Shown here piece after piece: positions 6,138 to 6,756 of a stretch of DNA of 6,756 nt (the stretch's first letter is position 1; every line of letters begins with the position of its first letter). The position numbers were made by a program, and so were the translations under genes. The DNA is from Octopus sinensis (taxonomy: Eukaryota), in assembly GCF_006345805.1 (NCBI RefSeq), contig NW_021829176.1:1-6756 (forward strand), in the 5' to 3' direction. Below the pieces are notes generated by a model. That model saw nothing but the letters and a program-made list of their open reading frames with translations. It searched no databases and was not told the DNA's origin.

Positions 6138-6282
6138 TCTTTTCTTGATTTCAGTCTGTCTTTCATTATGCCTTGTACTTAGCTTGGTCTTGCCTGCTGT
6201 TTCTTCATTGAACTTAGTCTTTCCCTTGGTCTTTTCTCGGTTTGGCTTCTATGTAGATCATTTCCTGTTTACCTTATTTTTG

Positions 6283-6540
6283 TCTGGATCAGTTGGCTGC
6301 ATTTTTTTCTTCTACATCCGGTCATATGATACTGGTCTCTCTCATGTCATTCATCAATGGCCTACACTTTGCAATTTCGGTCTTCTGTTTCCCTTTCAGT
6401 GATATCCATTCGAAAGCTGTGTTAGAATGGTGTTGTTTTGGTAGCTCGGACGTGTGACCAGTTAGTTTTAACCTTAGTCCTGTGACAATTTCGCTAAGTG
6501 TTCGTGCGTGGATTCTGTTAAGAATGTTCTCATAGGTTTC
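6283..6540 (-). mobile_element. Decayed LINE fragment, RTE-like post-RT (thumb/C-terminal) region
   Basis: The translation TYENILNR...LSEIVTGLRLKLTGH...HSNTAFEW.SLKGKQK...MNDMRE.SII*PDVEEKNAAN*SR parallels the RTE-type pattern TNEEVLxR...I..RRLxWxGH...KxAxxWxP.GKRxRGRP...D.....W..AEE.AxDRxxWR. Both stops are TGA codons one transition from TGG/CGA. Confidence 0.65.
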
Positions 6541-6559
6541 CATTCCGTATTTAACTTAC

Positions 6560-6628
6560 CAGATTGTGAGACAGATAGACAGACAGATTGATTAAGATAG
6601 AACTAACATGTGTGATATATTGGCGTTT
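6560..6628 (-). other. Candidate 69-nt phase-0 exon (unconfirmed)
   Basis: Minus strand reads TTCTAAC-gtctctcttctttttatatcttaaCAG|AAACGCC...AATCTG|GTAAGT. Frame 0 is open: KRQYITHVSSILINLSVYLSHNL. Confidence 0.35.
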
Positions 6629-6640
6629 CTGTTAAGATAT

Positions 6641-6733
6641 AAAAAGAAGAGAGACGTTAGAATAGCTGTCAGATTTTGAATAAATGCTGGGGTCGATTTG
6701 ATCAACTAAAATCCCTTCAGTGCGGTGCCCCAG
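6641..6733 (+). mobile_element. Diverged 3' fragment (tail type C) of family-2 SINE
   Basis: CTGGGGTCGATTTGATCAACTAAAATCCCTTCAGTGCGGTGCCCCAG aligns with 3323-3369. The left boundary is approximate. Confidence 0.75.
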
Positions 6734-6756
6734 AATAATCAGAAGAACAAACAAAC

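Noticed and set aside
6258-6271. GTAAACAGGAAAT, a FOX:ETS composite-like motif on the minus strand
   Set aside because: It is a single short motif inside decayed retroelement sequence, with no independent support.

Overview
This is eukaryotic, repeat-saturated non-coding DNA, very likely octopus (coleoid cephalopod) intronic or intergenic sequence. The species call rests on my recollection of abundant octopus tRNA-derived SINEs, not on a database search. No intact protein-coding gene, rRNA, tRNA or CRISPR array is supported, and nearly all listed ORFs are artefacts of (TG)n/(CA)n/(TAA)n repeats or SINE sequence. The window holds: (i) compound microsatellites; (ii) about 8 copies or units of one tRNA-headed SINE family (family 1), as monomers, a dimer and a trimer; (iii) three fragments of a second SINE family (family 2); (iv) a 273-bp hAT-type MITE with a perfect 8-bp TSD, nested in an older hAT-like element; and (v) a same-strand stack of decayed retroelement parts: an RTE-like post-RT region, a degenerate hammerhead-ribozyme-like motif, and an R4/Dong-like endonuclease C-terminus. 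The best lead is a 3'-end microhomology rule for family 1. Both complete monomers have TSDs containing the SINE's own terminal GGTAT, and the multimer junctions fall where a unit's 3' end matches a motif inside the SINE head (GGTAT or AGAAT). This points to self-targeting or template switching. Other leads are a closely spaced inverted SINE pair (a possible ADAR substrate) and a 69-nt minus-strand exon candidate with textbook splice signals.
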